Part shown: piece by piece, positions 31,201 through 39,080 of the stretch
How positions within the stretch are numbered: the stretch's first letter is position 1
Layout of the letters: each line of letters starts with the position of its first letter
Source: a virus
Taxonomy: Duplodnaviria; Caudoviricetes
IMG/VR virus record: IMGVR_UViG_3300028920_000077
Location: 1 to 60,355 of that record
Length of the DNA: 60,355 nt
Strand: one strand, 5' to 3'
Program-made: the position numbers and the translations under genes
Notes under the pieces: model-generated
Told to the model about the DNA's origin: nothing
The model's database searches: none
Seen by the model: only the letters and a program-made list of their open reading frames with translations

Positions 31201-31484
31201 TGTTTGCCACCACTGGGTGATTCTTGATAAACTAAGTTATCTTTACCAGTATGTTTTTTGAAAAGTTCAAATATATATTCCTTAACCACTGGATCATAAA
31301 TATCTATATCTATTGCATATAATTTTTCTATTTCACCCTCTCCAAGCCTAATAGACCTGTTCCCAGTATAAGTTTTAGGGAGTTTTCTGCTTGTTGGTAT
31401 GTATCTAGGGTCTAATTTACTATTCCAAATTTCAATAGGGATTTTCTTATTATTTGTTTTGATTTCTGTATATACTATGCTCAT
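28281..31484 (-). CDS. Primase-polymerase / Zn-finger / SF2 helicase fusion
   Basis: IDID and ESPSGGKH (prim-pol), CPFH, APTGVGKT, MDEAH, LTGT, EGISI and QFLSRFR motifs. Confidence 0.85.
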   Translation of the reverse strand: MSIVYTEIKTNNKKIPIEIWNSKLDPRYIPTSRKLPKTYTGNRSIRLGEGEIEKLYAIDIDIYDPVVKEYIFELFKKHTGKDNLVYQESPSGGKHILFACTENYKTIIANCTCPVKEVTEMDDCYIIKTNKKFNSFIESKIFDLLDFKPSIKDDILVISKNKIKNEEVFLRKIIEPFKVELRGQNSLLAVSPSKVINKLGEIKEYKLYGDIDFAPVIDSELITSFIEKILNDPVIKYIPPKLNLKLKNIKRKNKHKKKHVLRQLIRKGNYISKYDKKTLKSTKSLLKKDSIHNLLMKFKIKYKEYPSYLSIGCPFHAPDLNYSMCLYKNSYLATDHHDQTIYTLSQVLKQKDPVLYHYTLTKNKEYFKQIFNKKTTKIKVNKWLSEKKEEICNHILGHKHTIIVAPTGVGKTKLVIKDLPEYTDKRILVLQSLMATNSQTSNQYEIPYIDGFVCENEVKTMINNGNKVITTTYEGLKKVTKCDIDFNNWIVIMDEAHNLLTSNDYRFKALKFIMECKEKFPNFVYLTGTHYGVFGDDPVIEIEREHNPFENTEVNVIAYEKKLEAIYQIVKQSKNKTIVLLNNRNDINMLTDLIRKKINKSVGKLNRDLKHTDIYKHIIKHNCLPENLDILFTTQVIAEGISINDKGYNIVMLSQDLPHLQKQFLSRFRHGCDKIYVLYRNNKELNDLDNYTLMVKDRIKKIKKYCNLLSRHKMEAELVSNIKFEVDQYKEEYLIALKKINILNKYIIWDGYKYIPNQFQIRLDIMRKYYRKIYNNPFFLSDMYKSWSVGEQKINSINIEEEITKELKEKRATNKKKIKNYNKELAEKIDKNEYVKVNDGIHAEKNLILATFEYKKYSQKPKHSMIPTNTLEEYYKNNNHIIDLKMLKNYVKLHKMKSCIDEQNEKDLLKLAQESTRKVNNKLKIIKHFVNRNIMEKVDLSYIAVDISFYEYRLLEEIREYIADKDEYNPNDMMDYFLENKPDFPLTKTKLSQLVNLVVETKQKTKEIDNKQTRCFSIEKRFDTASAVSSKVGIAENYINALIQKVKRKNNEKITKTNKYYGVNNEI

Positions 31485-31511
31485 TTTCCACGTTTCCTTT
31501 CATGTTGTTCT

Positions 31512-31547
31512 TAATATATATATAAGTTTTTTTTTAAAAAAAGCAAG
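31512..31547 (-). promoter_or_regulatory. Sigma70-type promoter for the primase-helicase operon
   Basis: TTGCTT followed by TATATA at promoter spacing, upstream of 31484. Confidence 0.55.
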
Positions 31548-31576
31548 TAAAAAAAAATATATTTTTTAAATTAAAC

Positions 31577-31605
31577 TTGACATTTTATAGGAAATGGATT
31601 ATATA
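31577..31605 (+). promoter_or_regulatory. Sigma70-type promoter with no downstream ORF
   Basis: TTGACA-ttttataggaaatggat-TATATA, nearly identical to the promoter at 38405-38433. Confidence 0.8.
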
Positions 31606-31610
31606 TATAG

Positions 31611-31685
31611 TAATCCTTTGTTTGTTAGATTTTAATGGTTGATTTTAAAAAGCCCCTAGAGAAGAAACTTTAGGGGCTTTTGGTT
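31611..31685 (+). ncRNA. Candidate small RNA antisense to the AACAAAGGA RBS motif
   Basis: Bounded by the 31577 promoter and the 31647-31688 terminator. Its 5' end is TAATCCTTTGTTTGTTAGATT. Confidence 0.55.
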
Positions 31686-31688
31686 TTT
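31647..31688. terminator. Bidirectional intrinsic terminator
   Basis: AAAAAGCCCCTAGA...TTTAGGGGCTTTT. Confidence 0.8.
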
Positions 31689-31691
31689 ATA

Positions 31692-31943
31692 CTATTTATT
31701 AACAGTCTTAGTATCAAATATTAAATCCAAATTCTTTTCTATTTTGTTTAGTGTGCTTTCATTTTTAATCTCAAATGTAAACATTAACAATCCTGTTTTA
31801 CTGTCTTTGTTTTTCATATTGGTAACTATCATTATAGAACATTTATCCCTTTCTTTAAGTGGAGTAAATGCTTTGATACAATCTATAGCTACATTGGTTC
31901 TTCTACCATCTTTATCTATAAATTTAATGAATTTCGGTTTCAT
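31692..31943 (-). CDS. Hypothetical protein
   Basis: 83 aa, last gene before the terminator. Confidence 0.55.
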   Translation of the reverse strand: MKPKFIKFIDKDGRRTNVAIDCIKAFTPLKERDKCSIMIVTNMKNKDSKTGLLMFTFEIKNESTLNKIEKNLDLIFDTKTVNK

Positions 31944-32472
31944 TACCTGTCCTTCCTATAAAATTTTTGATTATATTAAATATATTCTTGGGTTGTGCCT
32001 GATAAACTTTCCAGCCTTCTCTTTGTGCTAAGTTAAACTTTTCCATATCCTTTAGGTAGCCACTAACTGATTGATGCCAGCCACCCTGATAAACTCCACC
32101 CTGAACCTCAATAGATTCCATTATCTCAACATAAGCTATGTCTAATCTGAATTGTCTATTTCTTATAAACTTCAATTCAAACACTGGACTTGGTAAACCA
32201 TGTTCTAGGGAATATTGGATTATTAAGTTTGGATTATACCATTTTGAAGGTTTTACTTTAATATAATAATCCTGGTTAATGCTCTTGATATGGTTAGATT
32301 TTATATATTTTTTCCTTCCTTCCTTTATTAGATATTTGCTATCCTTTAACCACTTCAAGATAGTATTCCTGCCTAACAAATAGGCATCTTCTATTTCTTT
32401 GATGTTTGCCAACTTATCGGTTTCATTTTGCATTTCGATGAATAGTTCTTTTTGTTTCATGTTTTTCACCAA
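31924..32472 (-). CDS. PD-(D/E)XK endonuclease with N-terminal HTH-like region
   Basis: FRLDIAY..IEVQGG...DMEKFNLAQREGWKV motif. Confidence 0.75.
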   Translation of the reverse strand: MVKNMKQKELFIEMQNETDKLANIKEIEDAYLLGRNTILKWLKDSKYLIKEGRKKYIKSNHIKSINQDYYIKVKPSKWYNPNLIIQYSLEHGLPSPVFELKFIRNRQFRLDIAYVEIMESIEVQGGVYQGGWHQSVSGYLKDMEKFNLAQREGWKVYQAQPKNIFNIIKNFIGRTGNETEIH

Positions 32473-32651
32473 CCATAACCATCACCAGAACCATCACCAT
32501 AACCATAACCAGCCCCATCACCAGAACCATCACCATAACTAAAACTAGAACCATAACCATAACCATAACCAGAATCATCACCAGCCCCAGAACTAGAACT
32601 AGAACCATAACCATAACCATTGTAGATCATATTGTTTATTATTTTTTCCAT
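32466..32651 (-). CDS. Gly-rich repeat peptide 1 (leader MEKIINNMIYNGYG)
   Basis: GAGG RBS; GGT-NNT hexamer repeats; overlaps the end of its partner gene. Confidence 0.7.
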   Translation of the reverse strand: MEKIINNMIYNGYGYGSSSSSGAGDDSGYGYGYGSSFSYGDGSGDGAGYGYGDGSGDGYGW

Positions 32652-33001
32652 TGTTTCACCTCGCTTATAGATTTTATCGCTTGAGATGTACAGGGGATAA
32701 CTTCTATTGCATCCAATATAATAATCTTTGGAATCCATACGCTAAACTTACAATTTTCAGGTTTTATTGTTCCTTCTAATGCTAATTGATGCAAAGAGAA
32801 AGCACCATCCCAATACCAAATTCGCCTAGAAGTTAGTAATGTTACTTCTCTATTTTTTCTATTATCTATTTGCCCAAAAAAAACCCCAGACCTATCTCCT
32901 CTAATCAATACAAACTTATCATCTACCTCAACCTTTTTCAAAGTAGATTTCTTGACATAAACTTCGTTATTAATAGTTATTTCATCTAAATTTACTTCCA
33001 T
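32639..33001 (-). CDS. Conserved phage protein, copy A (DUF6948-like, recalled rather than searched)
   Basis: IRGDRSGVFFG...RRIWYWDGAFSLHQLALEG...LDAIEVIPCT. Confidence 0.75.
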   Translation of the reverse strand: MEVNLDEITINNEVYVKKSTLKKVEVDDKFVLIRGDRSGVFFGQIDNRKNREVTLLTSRRIWYWDGAFSLHQLALEGTIKPENCKFSVWIPKIIILDAIEVIPCTSQAIKSISEVKQWKK

Positions 33002-33018
33002 TATATTTTTCTCCTATT

Positions 33019-33204
33019 CTAATGACCCATAAATTCTGGTAGTTCTTCATATTCTTTTTCGCTCATCTCCAACATTGTGAAAGATAAAGTTATTGATTCT
33101 CCAACTTGGAGATCGCACAATTCACCGTCTATTGCATCTTGGATTGTGTTTAATGGTTGGATGTAATTCCCACCACCTTTTAATTTAATATTTACTACTC
33201 TCAT
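33019..33204 (-). CDS. Hypothetical protein
   Basis: 61 aa ending LPEFMGH. Confidence 0.6.
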   Translation of the reverse strand: MRVVNIKLKGGGNYIQPLNTIQDAIDGELCDLQVGESITLSFTMLEMSEKEYEELPEFMGH

Positions 33205-33848
33205 AACGCCCCCTCAAAAAAACCAAATGGAACTTCGTTGCCCCAATAATCCCATCCATCACTTTCAAATGGTGGTCTGGCAAATAGTTCTATTCTGGGA
33301 ACATCACCAAATAAAGTTACTATTCTTTCCTTAACTTCTTTTGGTTTCTCACTGTGTCTCCCTATGGGAGTTATTATAAGGTTTCTAACAGCTTTACTTT
33401 CTCTAGGTAATGGTTTCCCCTTACCAAAAAGCAAACAAATTTCTGGATTAGCTCGACTGTAATGACCCATCCCGATCTTAAATAGTCTTTCTATGCTACT
33501 GGTATCAGCCAACAGATAGGATAATCTTTTTTCATAGTGTTTTAACATTTTAACCCAAGTAAACAAACAAGTCTTATACTTGAGCATATCTTTTTTATAT
33601 TTGACCTGTTTATTCCATGCATTTATATACTGAAAATACAGATTTAGATGAGGGTAGGTAGCCCAAGAGATTAATACAGAATCTTGATCCATAATACTGT
33701 GCATTTGAAAAGCCTTAATTGCTTTATCTAACATAGTATTATAATGGTGTTTGGCTGTTCTACCTTCACCTTTCTGACTCCAACATTTATAGTCTACTGG
33801 AAAATCACAGTAGACTATTTTGTATTTTTTGTTTGGTAGTGGTATCAT
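33201..33848 (-). CDS. MT-A70 family adenine methyltransferase
   Basis: HYNTM, FTWVK, GMGHYSRANPEICL, HSEKP and RIELFAR motifs. The catalytic DPPW appears as DFPV. Confidence 0.88.
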   Translation of the reverse strand: MIPLPNKKYKIVYCDFPVDYKCWSQKGEGRTAKHHYNTMLDKAIKAFQMHSIMDQDSVLISWATYPHLNLYFQYINAWNKQVKYKKDMLKYKTCLFTWVKMLKHYEKRLSYLLADTSSIERLFKIGMGHYSRANPEICLLFGKGKPLPRESKAVRNLIITPIGRHSEKPKEVKERIVTLFGDVPRIELFARPPFESDGWDYWGNEVPFGFFEGAL

Positions 33849-34270
33849 TGTTTCGCATCCAATTCTTGTATCAGGAGATTTATCATGCCAGTTAATTCTG
33901 TGCTAGCAAATAAGTTTAATAATTTAGCAACCAACTGCGAATCTAATTTCGCATCTCCGACAAATTCACTAGCATGGATATAATCTGTTGTTACTGAATA
34001 ATCTTCACCATCTAAATCGCTGTTTCCAAAAGAACAAACCAACCAATTATCATGTGGATCACCAGTAACGGATTTATATTTCATTCCATAGTATGGTCTA
34101 AATTCGTTAAGCTCTTCCAATCTCTTATGTAATTTCTTAATCCTAGCTTTGTTGTGGCATTTATCACTACAGAACACCTTTGTTTTGTGTTCTTTATTTC
34201 CTGTGCTACCACATTCTGGGCAAAATAACATGCTTGTCATAGTAACCTCCTTGTTAGAATGGGATGTCAT
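33845..34270 (-). CDS. Zn-finger hypothetical protein
   Basis: CPECG...FCSDKC. Confidence 0.6.
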   Translation of the reverse strand: MTSHSNKEVTMTSMLFCPECGSTGNKEHKTKVFCSDKCHNKARIKKLHKRLEELNEFRPYYGMKYKSVTGDPHDNWLVCSFGNSDLDGEDYSVTTDYIHASEFVGDAKLDSQLVAKLLNLFASTELTGMINLLIQELDAKQ

Positions 34271-34595
34271 CTTCAGTTACGTTGTTATATTCCATTCCTT
34301 CTTTTTGAAGGGAAAGTATCACTGATGGGATTATGTTTGTATATAATCCTTTATCTGTCTTTCTGTAGTTAATTTTTGCTATCATAAAAATCTGTTCACC
34401 ATCATTGATTGCTAATGCTTGAGACCACAAAATACCAGCATTTTTATATGCATCTGTTTTTGGCTTAAAAACTGTTATTTTGTGGTAACATTTATTCTTG
34501 TATGCATCTTCTTGGAATAGTGTGAAAGTTATCATGCTTGTACCTGCTTTATAATTCATTACTTCGCCTGTTGCTTGAAATTGATTTAAATACAT
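34254..34595 (-). CDS. ssb: Single-stranded DNA-binding protein (OB fold)
   Basis: MYLNQFQATG start, acidic C-terminal EDDIPF tail, same operon as ERF. Confidence 0.75.
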   Translation of the reverse strand: MYLNQFQATGEVMNYKAGTSMITFTLFQEDAYKNKCYHKITVFKPKTDAYKNAGILWSQALAINDGEQIFMIAKINYRKTDKGLYTNIIPSVILSLQKEGMEYNNVTEDDIPF

Positions 34596-34597
34596 AA

Positions 34598-35602
34598 TTA
34601 TCTCCTTATTATTATTTGTCCGTCTTCTTTGATTCTACCCCCACAATTATTTATTGTGAGAACAAACTGTTCTGGCAACCATTTAAATAGGAATTGCAAT
34701 GTATTCCAACTATGGCTAATATCTAAATAGCCATCTTTATCTAAATCTATAAAATGTCTGCCAACGAAAATGTTGCACTCTAAGTTCTCTGCAAAATTAC
34801 CTGCTAATATCCTTACAGTATCAGTCCTTTTCTTTACATTCCTGATTATGAAATGAGGATATAATATTTTACCATCTTTCGGTACTTTTTCTACCAAATA
34901 TCTGCCCTGGATTATATATGATTTTTTGCTACGCCAACGTCTAGGTGGCTCTAATGTCACGAACTCAAAAAAGGTATCAGCGTCATCATATATATATCCT
35001 TTGCCTAGTGCAGATTTGCTTGTATAAACGATTCTATTAATCACCATCTGTCTCAATTCTTTTCTCCTTGTATAAATACGTCTGGGATATCGTGGTTTTA
35101 CCTTGCCCTTCTCATCAAATAATACTTTCTTCGGAACAAGTTTATTCCAAATATCCTTCGTAGATATTCCTTGTTTCTTTACCCAAGCTGTATTGTATTT
35201 TATAATGAATTTGGTGTCATCAAACTCACCAGACATGAACTTCTTTATTATATCCACAATCTCTTCTTTTTGAATTAGCCTGTGAGTTCCGCAACATGAG
35301 CCTAATCCTTTATAACTGGAAACATATATTTCTTTGTCTCCTGTGAAATTTAGTTTTTCTATTCTCCTTATTCGGGTATATTCTTTACTGAACTTGTTCT
35401 TTTTACTTTTTGCTAAAGGTGAGATCTCCTGGTATATTAATATAGGGCTAAAAGATTCTGCAACACTAAGGTGCATCCCCATGCCTTCCTCTAAGATTTT
35501 AACCTCTTCGGAAAGCACAGAAGAATAACCCCAATAAGGATATTGTCTATACTTAAACCAACCAGGAGGTGGTTTATATCTCTTTTTTCTTTTCTTGTTC
35601 AT
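34598..35602 (-). CDS. Hypothetical basic protein
   Basis: 334 aa ORF. Confidence 0.6.
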   Translation of the reverse strand: MNKKRKKRYKPPPGWFKYRQYPYWGYSSVLSEEVKILEEGMGMHLSVAESFSPILIYQEISPLAKSKKNKFSKEYTRIRRIEKLNFTGDKEIYVSSYKGLGSCCGTHRLIQKEEIVDIIKKFMSGEFDDTKFIIKYNTAWVKKQGISTKDIWNKLVPKKVLFDEKGKVKPRYPRRIYTRRKELRQMVINRIVYTSKSALGKGYIYDDADTFFEFVTLEPPRRWRSKKSYIIQGRYLVEKVPKDGKILYPHFIIRNVKKRTDTVRILAGNFAENLECNIFVGRHFIDLDKDGYLDISHSWNTLQFLFKWLPEQFVLTINNCGGRIKEDGQIIIRR

Positions 35603-35978
35603 TTGCTAAATATTTCCTTACAGATTCCCACGAGATAAAATGTATTGGTCTACCTTTACGCTCTCGCCTGAAACTTTTCACTTCGAATACATTCTCCTTT
35701 TTTAGCCTGTATAAAGTTTTATAACCAATTCCAAGGGATTCTTTAACTTCTTTGATTGTAGCATAACCCTTCGGTGGTTCTTGACATTCTTTTATATCTA
35801 TATATTGCGATTCTGGAACATTAAACTTATCAAACTCTTCCTGAGTGTAATAAGTTTTATTGCCTATAGTTTTACCTTTAATAAGCCTAGCAAGGCTTAG
35901 ATACCTTTGCTTATTAATTTTGTAGTGTTTCATGATGTCTTTCTTATCATAAAATTCTTGTCCTAGAATATTTATCAT
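35574..35978 (-). CDS. Tandem HTH (excisionase/MerR-like) DNA-binding protein
   Basis: TIKEVKESLGIGYKTLYRL, plus a second N-terminal HTH-like unit. Confidence 0.65.
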   Translation of the reverse strand: MINILGQEFYDKKDIMKHYKINKQRYLSLARLIKGKTIGNKTYYTQEEFDKFNVPESQYIDIKECQEPPKGYATIKEVKESLGIGYKTLYRLKKENVFEVKSFRRERKGRPIHFISWESVRKYLANEQEKKKEI

Positions 35979-36027
35979 CTTTTAAAACCTCCATAGTTAT
36001 ATTTTTTGTTTTTTTGTATATTGTTTT

Positions 36028-36284
<257 letters not shown>

Positions 36285-36297
<13 letters not shown>

Positions 36298-36647
36298 GGT
36301 TCTATCCCAGAGATAGAATCTATAGCTTTTTTGGTGCAAGGGATTACTTCTATTGCATCTAAGATAAAGATTTTAGGTAGCCAAACAGTAAATTTACAGT
36401 TTTCTGGTTTAGATGTCCCTTCTAATGCTAATTGATGCAAAGAGAAAGCACCATCCCAATACCATAGCCTTCTTGAATTTAGTAAGATTACTTCTCTATC
36501 TTTTCTTTGATCTAATTTACCAAAGAAAACACCAGATCTATCACCTCTAATAATGACATAATTCTCATCTATTTCTGGTTTCTTCAAACTTGTTTTCTTT
36601 ACATAAACTTCGTTGTTAATTGTAATTTCATTTAATGTTGCTTCCAT
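36285..36647 (-). CDS. Conserved phage protein, copy B (DUF6948-like)
   Basis: True start MEATLNEITINNEVYVKK after an AGGAG RBS; close paralog of 32639..33001. Confidence 0.75.
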
Positions 36648-36687
36648 TGTTTTTCTCCTTATTAGTTTTTTTGTATATTGTTTCTTA

Positions 36688-37032
36688 CTAACCCGAACCC
36701 GAACCATTTTGTGATCCAGAAAAACTGACACCCGAACCCGAACCATAACCGTTACCTCCACCATCACCATAACCTCCACCATAACCTCCACCATCACCAT
36801 AACCTCCACCATAACCTCCACCATCACCAGAACCATCACCATCACCAGAACCATCACCATCACCATGACCCCAATTACCACCGCAACCATCACCATTATC
36901 ATAACCCGAACCCCCCCAACTAGAACCATCACCACATCCATTACCATAACCAGAACTAAAACTAGAACCATAACCACAATATTCACCCCAACCATAACCA
37001 TTATAGATTATATTTGCTATTATTTTTTCCAT
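36688..37032 (-). CDS. Gly-rich repeat peptide 3 (leader MEKIIANIIYNGYG)
   Basis: GAGG RBS; contains Cys and Trp in the Gly-rich core. Confidence 0.7.
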   Translation of the reverse strand: MEKIIANIIYNGYGWGEYCGYGSSFSSGYGNGCGDGSSWGGSGYDNGDGCGGNWGHGDGDGSGDGDGSGDGGGYGGGYGDGGGYGGGYGDGGGNGYGSGSGVSFSGSQNGSGSG

Positions 37033-37040
37033 TATCTACC

Positions 37041-38075
37041 TCAACTTTTCTTTATATAATTGAGTTTCTTTTTACCTTTCAATTCGTTATTCCACATGTC
37101 TGTCCAGTTTTTTAACATTAGTTTCGCTGTGTTGTCTTCTAATGTTTTAAATCCCATTTTCTTTAGTTGTCCTAATACATTATATAACCAATGTAATTGT
37201 TGATCTGTCAACTTAGAGTATCTTTCGTTGCCAAACAAAACACCAGCAGTGTCATACTTGAGCTGTTCGGGTAAATTTATAGAAGTTATAACTTCTGCAC
37301 ATTCTTCTTGGCTCAAACTCAAGACAACTTCTGGATAATTTTTAGATTTTCTAGCTTCCAATTCAGTAACTAATTGAGATTGTTGCTGCTGTGTCATTTC
37401 ATTCCAAGCATAAGTCTCATTGAATATTTTTTTCATAACTTGCTTAACATAATCTTTATTCAATCCTTCTGCTAAAAGTTTATTCATTTTTTGAAGGTTA
37501 TTCAGTTGAATTGGTTGCTGTGTTTCAGTTGGTTTATAGTTTTGTGGTTTTTGTTGCTCTTGTTGCCCTTTTTTCTTATCTTCTGGATAGTTACCATCAC
37601 CATCAAATTCGTCTTCAGTAGCAATATTGAAGGCATGGATTAACCCATATTTTCTTCCATAGGTTGCTGCAATTTGGACAGATTTTTCATTGAGTGTATT
37701 TTTGAATTGATGTCTTGCAACGCCCTTACATATAGTAACTATTTCTATTGGTGAGCCATCTTCTTTTTTATTAAAACCATCTACTACATGAACAGCCATT
37801 TTTGTTTCTTTGAAAGTTTTTGTTTCATCCAACCCATCGTCAACAATCTCTGCATAACAATAAATCCCCAATATACCACAAGCCTTGTTCACTTCTTTAA
37901 TTACATCTTCAACCTTCACGAATTTGTAATTTTTATCACTGTTATACTTGTCTTTGTATTCTCCTTTTTTTTGTATCATTGGGATAAGTGTTTGTGCCAA
38001 AGAAAGCCTACTTTCAAAACTTTCCTTCTTGAGTGTTTCTCTTATTTCCAATAGTTCTTTCAACCTTTCTAACAT
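37041..38075 (-). CDS. ERF-family single-strand annealing protein
   Basis: NYKF and AATYGRKYGLIHAFNIATEDEFDG signature. Confidence 0.85.
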   Translation of the reverse strand: MLERLKELLEIRETLKKESFESRLSLAQTLIPMIQKKGEYKDKYNSDKNYKFVKVEDVIKEVNKACGILGIYCYAEIVDDGLDETKTFKETKMAVHVVDGFNKKEDGSPIEIVTICKGVARHQFKNTLNEKSVQIAATYGRKYGLIHAFNIATEDEFDGDGNYPEDKKKGQQEQQKPQNYKPTETQQPIQLNNLQKMNKLLAEGLNKDYVKQVMKKIFNETYAWNEMTQQQQSQLVTELEARKSKNYPEVVLSLSQEECAEVITSINLPEQLKYDTAGVLFGNERYSKLTDQQLHWLYNVLGQLKKMGFKTLEDNTAKLMLKNWTDMWNNELKGKKKLNYIKKS

Positions 38076-38076
38076 T

Positions 38077-38313
38077 TTAACCTCCTATAAGTTTTGTTAT
38101 AATTTTGGTTGATTCTTTTCCAAACCGTTTCTCTAAAAATTTTGTTATCTCTTGACCTGTGCAATTTAATAAATTATACAACTCTAAGAACTTGTATTCG
38201 TTGAAGCCCAGTCTCAAATTGACAAAATCGTTTATCTCTAAACCGAATACATTTTTAAAATCCTTTCTACATTGTTCTCTTATGTCGTATATACTTACTT
38301 TAGCAAAAATCAT
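38077..38313 (-). CDS. Hypothetical protein
   Basis: First gene of the leftward arm; GGAGG RBS. Confidence 0.6.
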   Translation of the reverse strand: MIFAKVSIYDIREQCRKDFKNVFGLEINDFVNLRLGFNEYKFLELYNLLNCTGQEITKFLEKRFGKESTKIITKLIGG

Positions 38314-38344
38314 TTTTTGCCTCCTTGCTATGATTTTTTATCCT

Positions 38345-38433
38345 ATTATATATATAAAACATCATTTTGAATTTGTCAAGGGTTAAAAAAAATATTTTTA
38401 TCCCTTGACATTTTATTAAAAATGTATTATATA
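38345..38433. promoter_or_regulatory. Divergent sigma70-type promoter pair
   Basis: Minus strand: TTGACA (38374-38379)-N17-TATATA. Plus strand: TTGACA (38405-38410)-N17-TATATA (38428-38433). Confidence 0.85.
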
Positions 38434-38473
38434 AATAATAACACTAACCAATAAACAACAAAGGAGATTTAAA

Positions 38474-38650
38474 ATGGATACAGCCATAAGTTATTTAACT
38501 GGAAGAAGAGACGCAATGAAAAATTATATCAATGAACTAGAAGAAATTATATCTGAATTGAATGTAAAAAATGACATGATAATTAAACTAATCAAAAGCA
38601 ATAGAAAACTTTTAATATTTATAGAAGAAGAAATTAGGAGGTTGTCATGA
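38474..38650 (+). CDS. Small coiled-coil protein (58 aa, not in ORF track)
   Basis: AAGGAG RBS; MDTAISYLTGRRDAM; ATGA overlap with the next gene. Confidence 0.7.
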   Translation: MDTAISYLTGRRDAMKNYINELEEIISELNVKNDMIIKLIKSNRKLLIFIEEEIRRLS

Positions 38651-38865
38651 GTTATATGTTAGAACATTGTAGAAATCAAAAAGAAAGATTACAGGAATTA
38701 TTGACAATTAAAAATGCTCAGATTGTAAAAGCAAAACAAATAATAGTAGAAGAAGAAGAAGGTATACAAGAAAATAGAAAAATGATTTTAGATATAATAG
38801 AAGTTATAAAATGGTTAGATGAAAAAATTAAGTATGAACTGGATGCACTGAAGGGGCAAGGATAA
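38647..38865 (+). CDS. Small coiled-coil protein
   Basis: 72 aa, GGAGG RBS. Confidence 0.65.
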   Translation: MSYMLEHCRNQKERLQELLTIKNAQIVKAKQIIVEEEEGIQENRKMILDIIEVIKWLDEKIKYELDALKGQG

Positions 38866-38867
38866 AA

Positions 38868-39080
38868 ATGGATGCATTAGAATATCTTAATGGCAAGATT
38901 AATGAATTAGAATCTAAAATTTGCAAAGCAAAAAAGGTTATAAATTCATTAGAACAAATCTCAAAAACAGATAATGCTGGACAGATTAAGTGTCTTAGAT
39001 CTTTAATTAATGACCAAGAAAAATACTTGGCTTTTTTCAAAAAAGGTTTACAAATGGAATTGGAGAATTTAAATGATTAA
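38868..39080 (+). CDS. Small coiled-coil protein
   Basis: 70 aa; N-terminus MDALEYLNG resembles that of 38474. Confidence 0.65.
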   Translation: MDALEYLNGKINELESKICKAKKVINSLEQISKTDNAGQIKCLRSLINDQEKYLAFFKKGLQMELENLND

